Source: Patescibacteria group bacterium (GTDB lineage: Bacteria > Patescibacteriota > Patescibacteriia > Patescibacteriales > UBA12075). From it: DNA of 64,000 bases. The notes under the pieces are model-generated. The model worked only from the letters and a program-made list of their open reading frames with translations. It ran no database searches and was not told the DNA's origin. Where the stretch lies: assembly GCA_018897195.1 (NCBI GenBank), contig JAHILH010000001.1, positions 476,565-540,564 on the forward strand, in the 5' to 3' direction. How positions within the stretch are numbered: position 1 is the stretch's first letter; each line of letters starts with the position of its first letter. Of this stretch, positions 24,902 through 34,787 are shown one piece after another. The position numbers were made by a program, and so were the translations under genes.

Positions 24902-26275
24902 TTATCTTTTTAAAAATCTCTTTGCTCTTATTCCTCGGTGATATTCAATCGCAAACCGATGCGCCTCATCGCGGACACGTTTGATGAGGTGCAAGGCTGG
25001 AGACGCCAAAGGTAATTCTAGTGGTTTTTTTTCACCAGGGAAAAATATTTTGTCTGGTGCATTCGCCCCTCGCAAACCATCACCCTTTGAAATCGCAATC
25101 ACAGGAATATCTAATTTATGTTTTTTCAAAATCCGCACTAATACACCCAACTGCGCTTTGCCACCATCCACGATAAGAAGGTCAGGATTCTCCCAAATGT
25201 CCTTATCTTTAATAATTTTCCCCTCACCCCGACCCTCTCCCGCCGGGGCGAGGGAGCTATCTATTTGATATTCGTGATCAAAATGTTTCATGCGTCTCTC
25301 CAAGACTTCTTCCAACATCCAGACATCGCCCTCCAAATCCAAATCTTTTATTTTAAATTTTCGATATTCATTCTTGTCCGGCTCACCATCTTTGAAAACA
25401 ACCATTGACCCCACTGCCTCTTTGCCTTGTAGATTAGAAATATCATAACCTTCAATTCGATTAGGAACCCGTGACAACCCCAAAGTCTTGGCCAATTCCA
25501 CCACATCGCCGGCATACTTATCCGCTAAGCTCAGAACTTTAGAATGATCCAAAACATTATTAATATTTTTTAGTTCGTATTTCAATTTACCTAATTCATT
25601 TTGAACTTGTTCATCTGTGTTATCGCCTTTTTTTAATTCTTTCTCGAGTTTCGTAATTCGTAATTCGTAATTTTTTATCAAGACAGACCTACCTCCATCC
25701 AAAAATAAAACAATCTGCTTTATAGTCTTGGCATATTCCTGTTTCGAAACCAAGCTCTCACAAACACCTTGGCATTTTCCAAGACGATAATACAAACAAG
25801 CGCGCTTAGGCATATTTTTACATGAACGATATGGCCAAATTTTTCTCAAGGCTTTCAAGGTTTCGCGTACTGCTTCGGTGCTCACAAAAGGCCCAAAATA
25901 TTTTCCCTTCTTATCCAAATTCCGTGTCATAAAAATCCGCGGATATTCATCCTCGGTCGAAACTTCGATATAAATATAACGTTTGTCGTCGCGCATGACC
26001 ACATTATACTCCGGTTGAAATTTCTTGATTAAATTCGCCTCCAGTAACAAAGCCTCAATCTCGCTCTCAACCTCAATCCATTCAATACTCGCCACCTTCT
26101 TTAACATCGAATACTTCGCCGGCGTATGGCTCGTCGCCTCGCGCCAATACGAAAGCACTCGACTGCGCAGGTCAACTGCTTTGCCGATATAAATAATCTT
26201 CCCGCTCGCATCTTTGAACTGATACGAACCGGGAGTTTTGGGAATATCTAGATTTTTAACTTGTTCCAAATTCAT
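24902..26275 (-). CDS. uvrC: excinuclease ABC subunit C (short form)
   Basis: 457 aa. GIY-YIG N-terminus (GSYQFKDASGKIIYIGKAVDLRSRV), Cys cluster, and an endonuclease V-like region (LLIVDGGKAQL, DEAHRFAI). I see no C-terminal HhH domain. It contains a family-A repeat in frame. Confidence 0.9.
   Translation of the reverse strand: MNLEQVKNLDIPKTPGSYQFKDASGKIIYIGKAVDLRSRVLSYWREATSHTPAKYSMLKKVASIEWIEVESEIEALLLEANLIKKFQPEYNVVMRDDKRYIYIEVSTEDEYPRIFMTRNLDKKGKYFGPFVSTEAVRETLKALRKIWPYRSCKNMPKRACLYYRLGKCQGVCESLVSKQEYAKTIKQIVLFLDGGRSVLIKNYELRITKLEKELKKGDNTDEQVQNELGKLKYELKNINNVLDHSKVLSLADKYAGDVVELAKTLGLSRVPNRIEGYDISNLQGKEAVGSMVVFKDGEPDKNEYRKFKIKDLDLEGDVWMLEEVLERRMKHFDHEYQIDSSLAPAGEGRGEGKIIKDKDIWENPDLLIVDGGKAQLGVLVRILKKHKLDIPVIAISKGDGLRGANAPDKIFFPGEKKPLELPLASPALHLIKRVRDEAHRFAIEYHRGIRAKRFLKR
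25219..25256 (+). repeat. Family-A repeat inside the uvrC coding sequence
   Basis: Sequence tcccctcaccccgaccctctcccgccggggcgagggag. On the uvrC strand it reads in frame as SLAPAGEGRGEGK. Confidence 0.9.
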
Positions 26276-26340
26276 AAAATATATAAAAGAACTAAGCCAT
26301 AAAGCTTAGTTCTTTTATTTCAAGGTATCTTCAATTAAGC

Positions 26341-26514
26341 TTAGGCAATAGTAATTGCTTGTACAGGACAAGAAGCAGCCGCATTTTCCGCACAGGCAAC
26401 ATCATCCTGACTAATAACATGTGACTTGCCTTCTTCGTTCATGTCAAAAACACTTGGGCAAAGAGCTACGCAGGCACCGCAACCGATGCAACCATTTTGA
26501 TCTACTGTAATCAT
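26341..26514 (-). CDS. small 4Fe-4S ferredoxin
   Basis: 57 aa, below the track threshold. Manual translation gives MITVDQNGCIGCGACVALCPSVFDMNEEGKSHVISQDDVACAENAAASCPVQAITIA (CxxCxxC...CP plus a distal C...CP). Confidence 0.8.
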   Translation of the reverse strand: MITVDQNGCIGCGACVALCPSVFDMNEEGKSHVISQDDVACAENAAASCPVQAITIA

Positions 26515-26691
26515 AGTTTTATCTGAATAAAAGTAAAGATTTAATAAAAACCTAATTAAAATTTATTCAACTTATATATTTAATAATTAGTAAGCATTAT
26601 ATGGATTATTATATCAGATTTTATCTCCTGTGCAAGTTTTAGTAATTATTCACAATTTTAAGCTGATTTTATGCTATTAACTATTTATAAA

Positions 26692-28896
26692 TTATTTCTT
26701 AACCATGCGTGCTTTTTTCACATATGGCACCTCAAAATAAAACCGACTACCCACTCCTTTCCCGGCACTTTCTGCCCAAATCCTGCCACGATGCGCCTCA
26801 ATCATTTTTTTAGCCACAAAGAGACCCAGTCCGGTCCCATTGGCATTAATTAACGATGACCCAGAACCACGCGAAAATTTCTTAAAAAGATTAGGTAGAT
26901 CATCTGACTTAATACCAACACCAGAGTCGGAAACACAGAATAAGATATTATCTTTTTGTTTTTTTAAACTTACAACAACTTTACCGCTTGATGTATACTT
27001 AATAGAATTATCAATTAAATTCATTATCACCTGCCTCATTTTTGTCTCGTCCAGATTCACTAATGGTAATTTGGCTACAGATTTGATAAACTCAAATTTT
27101 AATTTTTTTTCTTTTGCATTTATGCTCAACTCATCATAAACACTTGCCACCAAGTCTTGTAATTGTTTCTCTTCAAAAGTAAATTGTAAACGTCCAGATT
27201 CAATACGAGAAACATTTAACAGATTTTCAACCAAATCAATTATGCGTTCGTTTGATTTATAAACTTTTTCCAAAGAATCCTTTTCACCTGGAGTTAAAAC
27301 ACCAAAATTACCCTCCAAAATCATGGAAATGTAACCCTTAATAATACTTAACGGGGTGCGCAATTGGTGTGAGGCAATCGAGATAAATTCACTCTTGGCC
27401 TGATCCAACTGCCTCAGTTTTTCATTAGCCTCTATTAATTCCCTCGTCTGCTTTGCCACCTCCCTTTTAAGTTTATCATTAAAGTTTAAAGTCTCTTGAT
27501 ACAAGAGAGCATTTTCTAAGGAAATTGCCACCTGCGCTCCAATCACCTTTAAAACATAAATATCCTCATTGTCATACAAATCTCCGGACTCTTTGGCGGA
27601 TAAAGCAATTATCCCGAGATTACGATCCTTGACAATTAATGGCACCAAAAGCTCTATTCCCATTGCTTGCCAATATTCAATATCTTTTTTATATTTTTCT
27701 AATTCTTTATTTTTTAAGTCATCAACAATAATGGGAAGATTTTTTTGCAAATAACCATCGCATAAAGGTTCAGAAATTTTCATACCCTCATATCGATAAT
27801 TTTTATTACCGGGTAAGCGCAAAAAATTCTCATCGCCATCATTATTATTATACTGCACAAAATACTCCCCCTTCTTCTCATTATAAATCAACACTCCCAA
27901 GGCCTTAACATGAAAGGAATTAATCAAGGCTTGTGAAATGAACCGATACATTTTGTCCACCTCAATAGTTGAGCGCAACTGCTCGCTAATTTGCGAAATC
28001 ACTTCACGTGTATCATAAAGTGAAGAAAAAAAATATTCATTAGCCAGCTTTGAGAACTTTTTACGAATAAAAGGAAAAATAGAAATAGCAATTACTATCA
28101 AAAAAATATGGCTAAAGCTGGAAAATTTACCTAATTGCCTAGGATATAAATATTGCAACAATGCCGCTGGCACAACAATCACTAAAAGAGAAAGAAAATA
28201 AACCGAATATTTTCGCAGTACAACCTTAATGTCCATTAAACGATGAACAACAATGGCATAAGCCGTCAAAATAACATATGATGACGCAAAAATATTCCCA
28301 TAAGGCGGAAAATTTATATTATACCAGAGAAAATAATTAGTCGCTCCGCCCACATATGTTAAAATCATACCAACTACTAAATATTTAATTTGCGCTTTTC
28401 GAACACCTGTTGTTTTCCTCATATTCGTCATTAGCAAATATGAGGAATAAATTGCATAGCCAAAAAAATACACCAAATAATAATGATATATCACCCCCGG
28501 CACTGCCCAAAATTTCATAGAAAATTTTGGCACCATATCACTAATAAACAGTGGTGAAAAAACAAAAAAGGCAAAAAATGTCGCCATTAAATAACCAATA
28601 TAAATAACTTTTTTTATTTTTTCTTTAACGTCTAACCAAGTTGCGACAAAATTTAAATAAAAGACTGAAGTGTAGATAGCACCGATATGGAGTATCTGAA
28701 ACCAAAATAAAGTCATCTCCCTTGTTTTAGCTATCGGCCACATCGCATAAGGAAACGACCAAAGGGCGACGGATACACAAAAGATTACAAAAGAAGTATT
28801 GATTGGATTTTTACTATTTTTACTAAAAACTAAAAAACCAAGAAGAGTGCTGGCCAGCGCATTAAACAGACCACTTAGAGAAAAATATAATTCCAT
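26692..28896 (-). CDS. membrane sensor histidine kinase (multi-TM, GAF-like, HisKA, HATPase_c)
   Basis: 734 aa. About 8 N-terminal TM helices. H-box is FISIASHQLRTPL. N, G1 and G2 boxes are present (NLIDNSIKYT, DSGVGI, GTGLGL). Confidence 0.85.
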   Translation of the reverse strand: MELYFSLSGLFNALASTLLGFLVFSKNSKNPINTSFVIFCVSVALWSFPYAMWPIAKTREMTLFWFQILHIGAIYTSVFYLNFVATWLDVKEKIKKVIYIGYLMATFFAFFVFSPLFISDMVPKFSMKFWAVPGVIYHYYLVYFFGYAIYSSYLLMTNMRKTTGVRKAQIKYLVVGMILTYVGGATNYFLWYNINFPPYGNIFASSYVILTAYAIVVHRLMDIKVVLRKYSVYFLSLLVIVVPAALLQYLYPRQLGKFSSFSHIFLIVIAISIFPFIRKKFSKLANEYFFSSLYDTREVISQISEQLRSTIEVDKMYRFISQALINSFHVKALGVLIYNEKKGEYFVQYNNNDGDENFLRLPGNKNYRYEGMKISEPLCDGYLQKNLPIIVDDLKNKELEKYKKDIEYWQAMGIELLVPLIVKDRNLGIIALSAKESGDLYDNEDIYVLKVIGAQVAISLENALLYQETLNFNDKLKREVAKQTRELIEANEKLRQLDQAKSEFISIASHQLRTPLSIIKGYISMILEGNFGVLTPGEKDSLEKVYKSNERIIDLVENLLNVSRIESGRLQFTFEEKQLQDLVASVYDELSINAKEKKLKFEFIKSVAKLPLVNLDETKMRQVIMNLIDNSIKYTSSGKVVVSLKKQKDNILFCVSDSGVGIKSDDLPNLFKKFSRGSGSSLINANGTGLGLFVAKKMIEAHRGRIWAESAGKGVGSRFYFEVPYVKKARMVKK

Positions 28897-28970
28897 AAAT
28901 AAAAAATCCCTAAATTATTATTACATTTATTGTAACATAATTCAGGGATTTAAACAAAACTTGTTCGAGG

Positions 28971-29939
28971 CTACTGCACACAACCAATGCCAATCTCGTA
29001 ACAACGAGTTGGCTGTTCTTGTACATAACCTTCATACATATAACCAGCACCCTCATAAGCATCTTGAACGATGCCAATAGGAGGATGTTGCAAAATCCAG
29101 CCCGCCACCTCGCGCAGAATGTACGAGCACAGCAGATCCAGATCAAGCATGCGATCCAGCAAACCAGCGCCAATAACACGAGCACCAGGCCTAAAATACG
29201 GCTTGACGAGTTTCAACAGCCCCGTGCGTTCTTGCGTGTTCAGGCCACACAGGACACCGATAATCAAACCGTAATCAACTGTGCCCTTGTAATCACGATG
29301 CAACCTCGCCATACTCTTGGCAACGAACTTAATATTCTTCAATCCGTGTTGTTCGACCAATTTTTGACCATAACTAATCGCCTCCGGGTCAGTGTCGATA
29401 CAGTGGAATTCCACGCGGTCGGCAAAGTCCGGATTGCTCAGGGTGACATCAATGCAATTTCGACCAGGACCAGAGCCCAGATCGAGAACAAGACATTTTT
29501 CTTGTTGCTTTAATATCTCCCTTACATGTTGCACCATCATCTCGTTGACGAGGTTATAACGACTTTTCAAAGAAATCCCACCGGGACCACTCTTGGAAAA
29601 AAACACATCTACGGGATGTGTAACATCCTCGAATTGATACATCTTCTCGAGCATTGTAAAAGTTCCCGGATACTCAGCCAAGGCAGGGATGATGGTGCTA
29701 TTCTGCTTAAAGAAATCAATCACCGCCACGCCTCCGTTGGCAACCAATGGTTTACCAGCCAAAAAGGAACGCACAAGCTCTGTACGAATTTCAGAGGGCA
29801 AGGCATGCAACAAAGTTTTTGCATGCCTTGTTTCGAGATATTTTTTTTTCTCACTTTCCGGCAATTGATACCTCTTCATCAGATTAGCATCAAAAACCGC
29901 CCTACCAGCCATCGCATTTTCACCTCTACTCATCGCCAT
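28971..29939 (-). CDS. class I SAM-dependent methyltransferase
   Basis: 322 aa. Motif I is VLDLGSGPGRNCID; an acidic loop is HCIDTDPEA. The gene is visibly more GC-rich than its neighbours. Confidence 0.75.
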   Translation of the reverse strand: MAMSRGENAMAGRAVFDANLMKRYQLPESEKKKYLETRHAKTLLHALPSEIRTELVRSFLAGKPLVANGGVAVIDFFKQNSTIIPALAEYPGTFTMLEKMYQFEDVTHPVDVFFSKSGPGGISLKSRYNLVNEMMVQHVREILKQQEKCLVLDLGSGPGRNCIDVTLSNPDFADRVEFHCIDTDPEAISYGQKLVEQHGLKNIKFVAKSMARLHRDYKGTVDYGLIIGVLCGLNTQERTGLLKLVKPYFRPGARVIGAGLLDRMLDLDLLCSYILREVAGWILQHPPIGIVQDAYEGAGYMYEGYVQEQPTRCYEIGIGCVQ

Positions 29940-30140
29940 TCTCCTTTTATGGTTATTTTACTTGTATATTTATTTAAAAGACCGAGTACTAAACAGCGTC
30001 AACGTCAACGATATTTATATATTTAAGAAACTATTTTCCTAAATATGCTTTTCAATATAGCACAAAATCAACAAAATGTCAATTTGTGTAATAAAATAAG
30101 CCAATATTAAATAAAATGGATAACAAATAAATAAGTGATT

Positions 30141-30602
30141 TTATTGAGAAATAATTTCCGTTGATGACGAGATTTGATCGATGTTTTTTAGTGTCTCAGG
30201 ACTTGAAGAGGCTGTTTCAAGACTATTAGTAGAGCTTGCCACCACTGGCTTTATTGCTTGAGTAGAAGTCGCCGTTGTCGTGGCTATAATTGTAGTTTCT
30301 TTGCTAGTTGTTGCTTCTATTTTTTCTTCACCAGTCGGTATCACCATTTTTCTATTTAACAAATCCTTATCAATCACAATCCCTGATCTTTCTGTACTTG
30401 TTGAATTATTACCAACACCACTCTCATCTAAATAAGCAGCATCACTGCCAGCTTGAGAATCACTATTTTGCGTATTATTCATTTGTCCCTGATCGCTGCC
30501 ACTACCAACACCCATCCCGCCTATCCCCCACAAACCCAGATAACCAACACCGATTAATAATAAAATTAAAATTAAAATCATAATTGTTTTTTTCATATTC
30601 AA
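30141..30602 (-). CDS. membrane-anchored Ser/Thr-rich low-complexity protein
   Basis: 153 aa. N-terminal TM or signal anchor (TIMILILILLLIGVGYLGLW) followed by S/T/N-rich sequence. Confidence 0.5.
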   Translation of the reverse strand: MNMKKTIMILILILLLIGVGYLGLWGIGGMGVGSGSDQGQMNNTQNSDSQAGSDAAYLDESGVGNNSTSTERSGIVIDKDLLNRKMVIPTGEEKIEATTSKETTIIATTTATSTQAIKPVVASSTNSLETASSSPETLKNIDQISSSTEIISQ

Positions 30603-30655
30603 GATATATCAATAGACACTAACGCAATTTGCCGTAGCAGATTATGCCTTAATAT

Positions 30656-32899
30656 TTATTCCAAAATTTTTACATAGGTTGCGCTAACCCAACCTTCTTG
30701 TGTCTCATCGACTTTTATCTTATACCACTCCCCCTGGTTGTCTATTAATTCATAAACATTTTTCGGGTAAATCTTGGTAAGGATTGCGGCTTTGGTTGAT
30801 GAGGCCACTCGAACATTTAACCATGTCAAACCAGAATCGTCAAGGGAGACAAATTTCTTCTTACTATTGGCAAATAAAGCACTTAAGTCTTTAATAGAGC
30901 TAGCTTCACCAATCCCTTGCTGACTACTACTCGCCTCAGCAGCCCCTTGCTCCACACTTAAATCAACCTTTTGCCGGACCGCCACTTCTTTGTTTATAAT
31001 TTCAGAATCTTTTACAATAACTGCAGTGGTCGTAGCCATGACATTAACCGGCTTTGTCTTTGTCGCAATATTAACCCTGCCAGTTAAATAATATTCCTCA
31101 CCGTCTTTTTCCAAATTCAAAACTTCAACATTTTTAAAGCCAAAGTCTTTGTCATTATTATGTTGCTTTTTCGCTTCAGCGATAAACTTCGCTGTCACAT
31201 CTTTTTCATTATAAATCAACCACTCCATTGTTACTGGAAAAATAATCTTTTTCACTTCTAACACATTTATATAATGCTCCCATAATTTTTCACCAGGCTT
31301 AGTTTGTTTCAAGGCAAATTCCTTACTCTTTACTACTAATTTATCAATAGCTAAATTTTCTTTATAAACATCTTTATAAATCCTAGCCTTAATACTACTA
31401 GCACCGTACCCTGTCTTCCCCGTCGCAACGAGCACCTTAACATTGATAGCTTTTTCATAAGTTTTTTGTTGTTCAATTGCCAATTGTACTTTTTTGGCAC
31501 TCTGACCGCGATACCAAAAAGCCCAGCCAAGCAACGCAGTACCAACAACTAATAATACCAATAATTGCACCAACTGCTTATGCTCTTTTACCCAGGCGAG
31601 CTTATCACTCCCCTCTGACTCTTCCTGCATTTCTTCCATTTCGTCATCCAGGGGCGCTAAACCATATTCATTGGCATTAAAATTTAATGGAAAAACAGGT
31701 GAAATTTTATTCCAGGCAGTGTTATACCTTCTTAAAGCCAGACCCAGGGCCTCGGTAAACTCGATTGACAAACCCTCGGCCAAGATCTGACCATTGCTAA
31801 CTTTAATATCCTTGTTGGCGGTCTTATCTTCTTCTCCTTCGGCATTTTTAACAATAAGCTCATATTTCAAACCAGACAAGTTAGATGAGAGATATTCGAC
31901 AGATCCTTTTAGTTTACTAGAGCCGCCAACCAAAATAACTTCATTAATTACCTTGCCTGTCTTCATATTGTAATACTTAAGTGCGGTTTTTACCTCCTCA
32001 ACAATTTGCAACATGGCGCTTTTTAAAATTATTGGCACATTAACAAATTTTTCCGAAGGTAATATTCCAATCTCACGCTTTAACTGTCCAACCTCCTTGT
32101 GGTCATAGCCACTCTCTGTGCCATCTGCTTTTTTGCCAATACCATCTTGCAGTTTTTTGGAAAAATAATTACCAGCCGCATTAATAGCGCTCGAATACAT
32201 CAGGCCATGTTCGGAAATAATACTAACATTGGTAATACTGGCACCGATGTCAACTATTAAAATCGCATGGTCTAATAAGTTTCCAAATAAACCCTGAAAA
32301 GTTGAAAAAGTTTCCAGGGAAAAATCCTCTACTTTCAACTCCAGGGCTGCAAAAATATTTTTCCATTCTTCCACTACTTCATTTTGAACACCAACCACCA
32401 ACACCCTAATCTTTTCTATCAATTCGACTTTTTTTTCTACTTTGTTTTTAGGATTCTTGTTATTTTCTTCAAAATCATAAAAAACTTCATCAGCCACAGC
32501 CTTAAATCTTTCCAAAATTTTATAGGAAAAAACCAAGTCCTCGCGATTCAAGGGGATGGAAGATAAGGCCTCATCATAAGCAATCTTGTTCAAGTCTTTT
32601 TCTTGGCTGGCATCAACTTCAAAAATATGAGAATACACTTGTCTTTCCGGAATAGCAAATGATATCTCCTTGGGAACAATTCGTCGCGGACTAGCCTCGG
32701 CAAAAACTTTTTTAACATATTCCTTTAGTCTTTCCATGTTCATAATACGTCCATTCGAAACCACGCCCGGATCCATCAAAATCATACCTGAACTTACCAC
32801 TTCAAATTTTTTATCGAAACACCTAACATCAACCACTTTTATACTGTAGTCGGAAATATTTATGCCTACTAAATTTTTATTGGGGCAAACCTTAATCAT
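30656..32899 (-). CDS. pilM: PilM-like actin-fold pilus assembly protein fused to a TM segment and C-terminal SH3b-like domain
   Basis: 747 aa. The N-terminus (VGINISDYSIKVVDV...GVVSNGRIMNMERL) and LIVDIGASITNVSI...VILVGGSSKL fit the PilM/FtsA-like ATPase fold. A TM helix follows (LVQLLVLLVVGTALLGWAFWY). The C-terminal WLNVRVASS...WYKIKV...GWVSATYVKI is SH3b-like. Confidence 0.7.
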   Translation of the reverse strand: MIKVCPNKNLVGINISDYSIKVVDVRCFDKKFEVVSSGMILMDPGVVSNGRIMNMERLKEYVKKVFAEASPRRIVPKEISFAIPERQVYSHIFEVDASQEKDLNKIAYDEALSSIPLNREDLVFSYKILERFKAVADEVFYDFEENNKNPKNKVEKKVELIEKIRVLVVGVQNEVVEEWKNIFAALELKVEDFSLETFSTFQGLFGNLLDHAILIVDIGASITNVSIISEHGLMYSSAINAAGNYFSKKLQDGIGKKADGTESGYDHKEVGQLKREIGILPSEKFVNVPIILKSAMLQIVEEVKTALKYYNMKTGKVINEVILVGGSSKLKGSVEYLSSNLSGLKYELIVKNAEGEEDKTANKDIKVSNGQILAEGLSIEFTEALGLALRRYNTAWNKISPVFPLNFNANEYGLAPLDDEMEEMQEESEGSDKLAWVKEHKQLVQLLVLLVVGTALLGWAFWYRGQSAKKVQLAIEQQKTYEKAINVKVLVATGKTGYGASSIKARIYKDVYKENLAIDKLVVKSKEFALKQTKPGEKLWEHYINVLEVKKIIFPVTMEWLIYNEKDVTAKFIAEAKKQHNNDKDFGFKNVEVLNLEKDGEEYYLTGRVNIATKTKPVNVMATTTAVIVKDSEIINKEVAVRQKVDLSVEQGAAEASSSQQGIGEASSIKDLSALFANSKKKFVSLDDSGLTWLNVRVASSTKAAILTKIYPKNVYELIDNQGEWYKIKVDETQEGWVSATYVKILE

Positions 32900-33287
32900 T
32901 TAAACTCCATTTATTAATAATTATTTTATCATTATTTATTACTACATTGGCGGTAATTTTTTTATGATAATCAGTAATTGTGCCTTCTGCTATAATCAGA
33001 CGCTCATCACCACCGCCCTCCACGGTCATCAAACAAGAGCCGTCACCTTGCATTAAATTTAAATCTATTACCGCGTAATTATGATCAAATTGCAAACGAC
33101 GCAATGATTCTTCAATGCAACCCTCTGTTAAATACTCCACCTCGCTTTTTTTGTCAGAAACAAAGGAAGTGTTCAGGCTGCTCATGCTCAAAAAAGCAGC
33201 ACTACGTGCCATAATCAGCGCAGCCGCTCCAATCACCAAAATTGTAAATATCGCCGCCATACCTTTTTGATTTGATAAATTTTTCAT
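32892..33287 (-). CDS. pilus-associated membrane protein (pseudopilin-like N-terminal helix)
   Basis: Start set at the ATG at plus 33285-33287 (MKNLSNQKGMAAIFTILVIGAAALIMA). It sits within the pseudopilin operon. The prepilin motif is not canonical. Confidence 0.5.
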   Translation of the reverse strand: MKNLSNQKGMAAIFTILVIGAAALIMARSAAFLSMSSLNTSFVSDKKSEVEYLTEGCIEESLRRLQFDHNYAVIDLNLMQGDGSCLMTVEGGGDERLIIAEGTITDYHKKITANVVINNDKIIINKWSLND

Positions 33288-33288
33288 A

Positions 33289-33813
33289 TTAGCGAAGTGT
33301 AATACTTGTCTGATATTGTTTATTATATTCATATGCCCTGCTGTTATGATAGCGATATTCCATATCCAAGTTTATAACAATATTATCTTTTTGCCCGAGC
33401 AAAGCAGTATTCACAAAGGACAAATCTTTTATATTAATCTCGTCACCGCTAATTTGTGTTGCATCAGCTATACCCTCAGCTAAATATAAAATGCCATCAG
33501 TCACCGAAAAAGTCATATTTTCTTCTGGATCCGGCATGTCCAGCACCAAAATATTGGTCGTCGAATCCCCGGTTAATGGCGACAAAACTTGCCGCGATTT
33601 TTTCAAATAGTCCTCCAAAAAATTAATCGTTAGCGCGCCATTCGCTTCCACGTCTTGGATTACCGAAGTCTTTGCGCGCAAATCCGACATTTGCGAACCA
33701 AAACCAACAAATAAACCAACGGAGACACCGATAAAAGCGATATACATTATCGCTTCAACCAGGGTAAAACCTGACAGATTTTCTATATTTTGTTTTAACT
33801 TTCTTTCAAACAT
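33289..33813 (-). CDS. type IV pilin-like protein (prepilin N-terminal methylation motif)
   Basis: 174 aa. The G/FTLVE motif is SGFTLVEAIMYIAFIGV. Confidence 0.8.
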   Translation of the reverse strand: MFERKLKQNIENLSGFTLVEAIMYIAFIGVSVGLFVGFGSQMSDLRAKTSVIQDVEANGALTINFLEDYLKKSRQVLSPLTGDSTTNILVLDMPDPEENMTFSVTDGILYLAEGIADATQISGDEINIKDLSFVNTALLGQKDNIVINLDMEYRYHNSRAYEYNKQYQTSITLR

Positions 33814-34787
33814 TAATTATAATTTATTCTCATTTCTTGCAGAATTGGCGTTGCGACACTATTGCCGCTAAATTCAATGCGATATTTTATCCAACGTTTT
33901 TCGTTACAATCCGTATTTAAAAATTCCCCAGTTGAAGTCGCAAAATAATCACTCTCATCACCATCATCACCATCTGGTCCAGACCAGGTTTGATTCCAAT
34001 CACCAGGAGCATCAGCAACATCAAGGGCGGTCTTAATTAAAACTCTTATTTCGCACTCCGGGCACTCACTTGTTTTCGTACCAGTAGCTGTCCATTCAAT
34101 AATATTAAAATTTCCGCCCACGGGAATTGAAAAGGCCGATGATTCCAAATAAGCACTAATCGCGTAAGTAGACGTTGCTATTTCCTTTAGCGTCACCGAA
34201 CTCGAGCTCGCCTGAACATTACCATCATCATTGGCGTATTTACTTGCATCCACCCAAATATCCTGTCCAAGACCACCAGACCAATCATTCTGCTTCCAAA
34301 AAGACGAATCCCAATTGGTCAAATACGTTACACGCCGAGCTTGTTTTTGATCAAGCCCCATTACTTCCCAATTCACCACCACTTCTACCTTTTTACTATA
34401 TAAATCCAAGATTGCACCCACTGCATTGCTAGCTACTAGCTCGCCGCTGTCATTTCGAAAAATTGGATAAAAATTAATTTGACGACCAAAAATACCGACC
34501 TGTTCACTTGTCCCTTCACCCATTAATTCCCAATGACCACCATCACGACTCAAAGCGCTTTGCTCATAAAGCAAATTATTCCATTTATTATCCTTAATAA
34601 AACGCACAGCCTCAATTCCCTCATTAGCTAAATTATTCGCCTGCGTGATTTCTGATTGTCGTGTCAAAAGACTAAAACCGCCCATTAATAAACTCGCCAA
34701 AGATGTTGTAATCAATGAAAAAATTGCCATCGCTATTACAATTTCCATTAAAGAGCTGCCTTGATTATTTAATCTAAATTTCAACAT
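33813..34787 (-). CDS. type IV pilin-like (minor pilin) protein
   Basis: 324 aa. N-terminal QGSSLMEIVIAMAIFSL (class III signal-like, with Glu at +5). Confidence 0.7.
   Translation of the reverse strand: MLKFRLNNQGSSLMEIVIAMAIFSLITTSLASLLMGGFSLLTRQSEITQANNLANEGIEAVRFIKDNKWNNLLYEQSALSRDGGHWELMGEGTSEQVGIFGRQINFYPIFRNDSGELVASNAVGAILDLYSKKVEVVVNWEVMGLDQKQARRVTYLTNWDSSFWKQNDWSGGLGQDIWVDASKYANDDGNVQASSSSVTLKEIATSTYAISAYLESSAFSIPVGGNFNIIEWTATGTKTSECPECEIRVLIKTALDVADAPGDWNQTWSGPDGDDGDESDYFATSTGEFLNTDCNEKRWIKYRIEFSGNSVATPILQEMRINYN

Noticed and set aside
28971-29939. The SAM methyltransferase as the missing CheR
   Set aside because: I recognise no CheR-like N-terminal helical domain or CheR-type motif pattern. 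It is separated from the che genes by the pilus block and is compositionally distinct.
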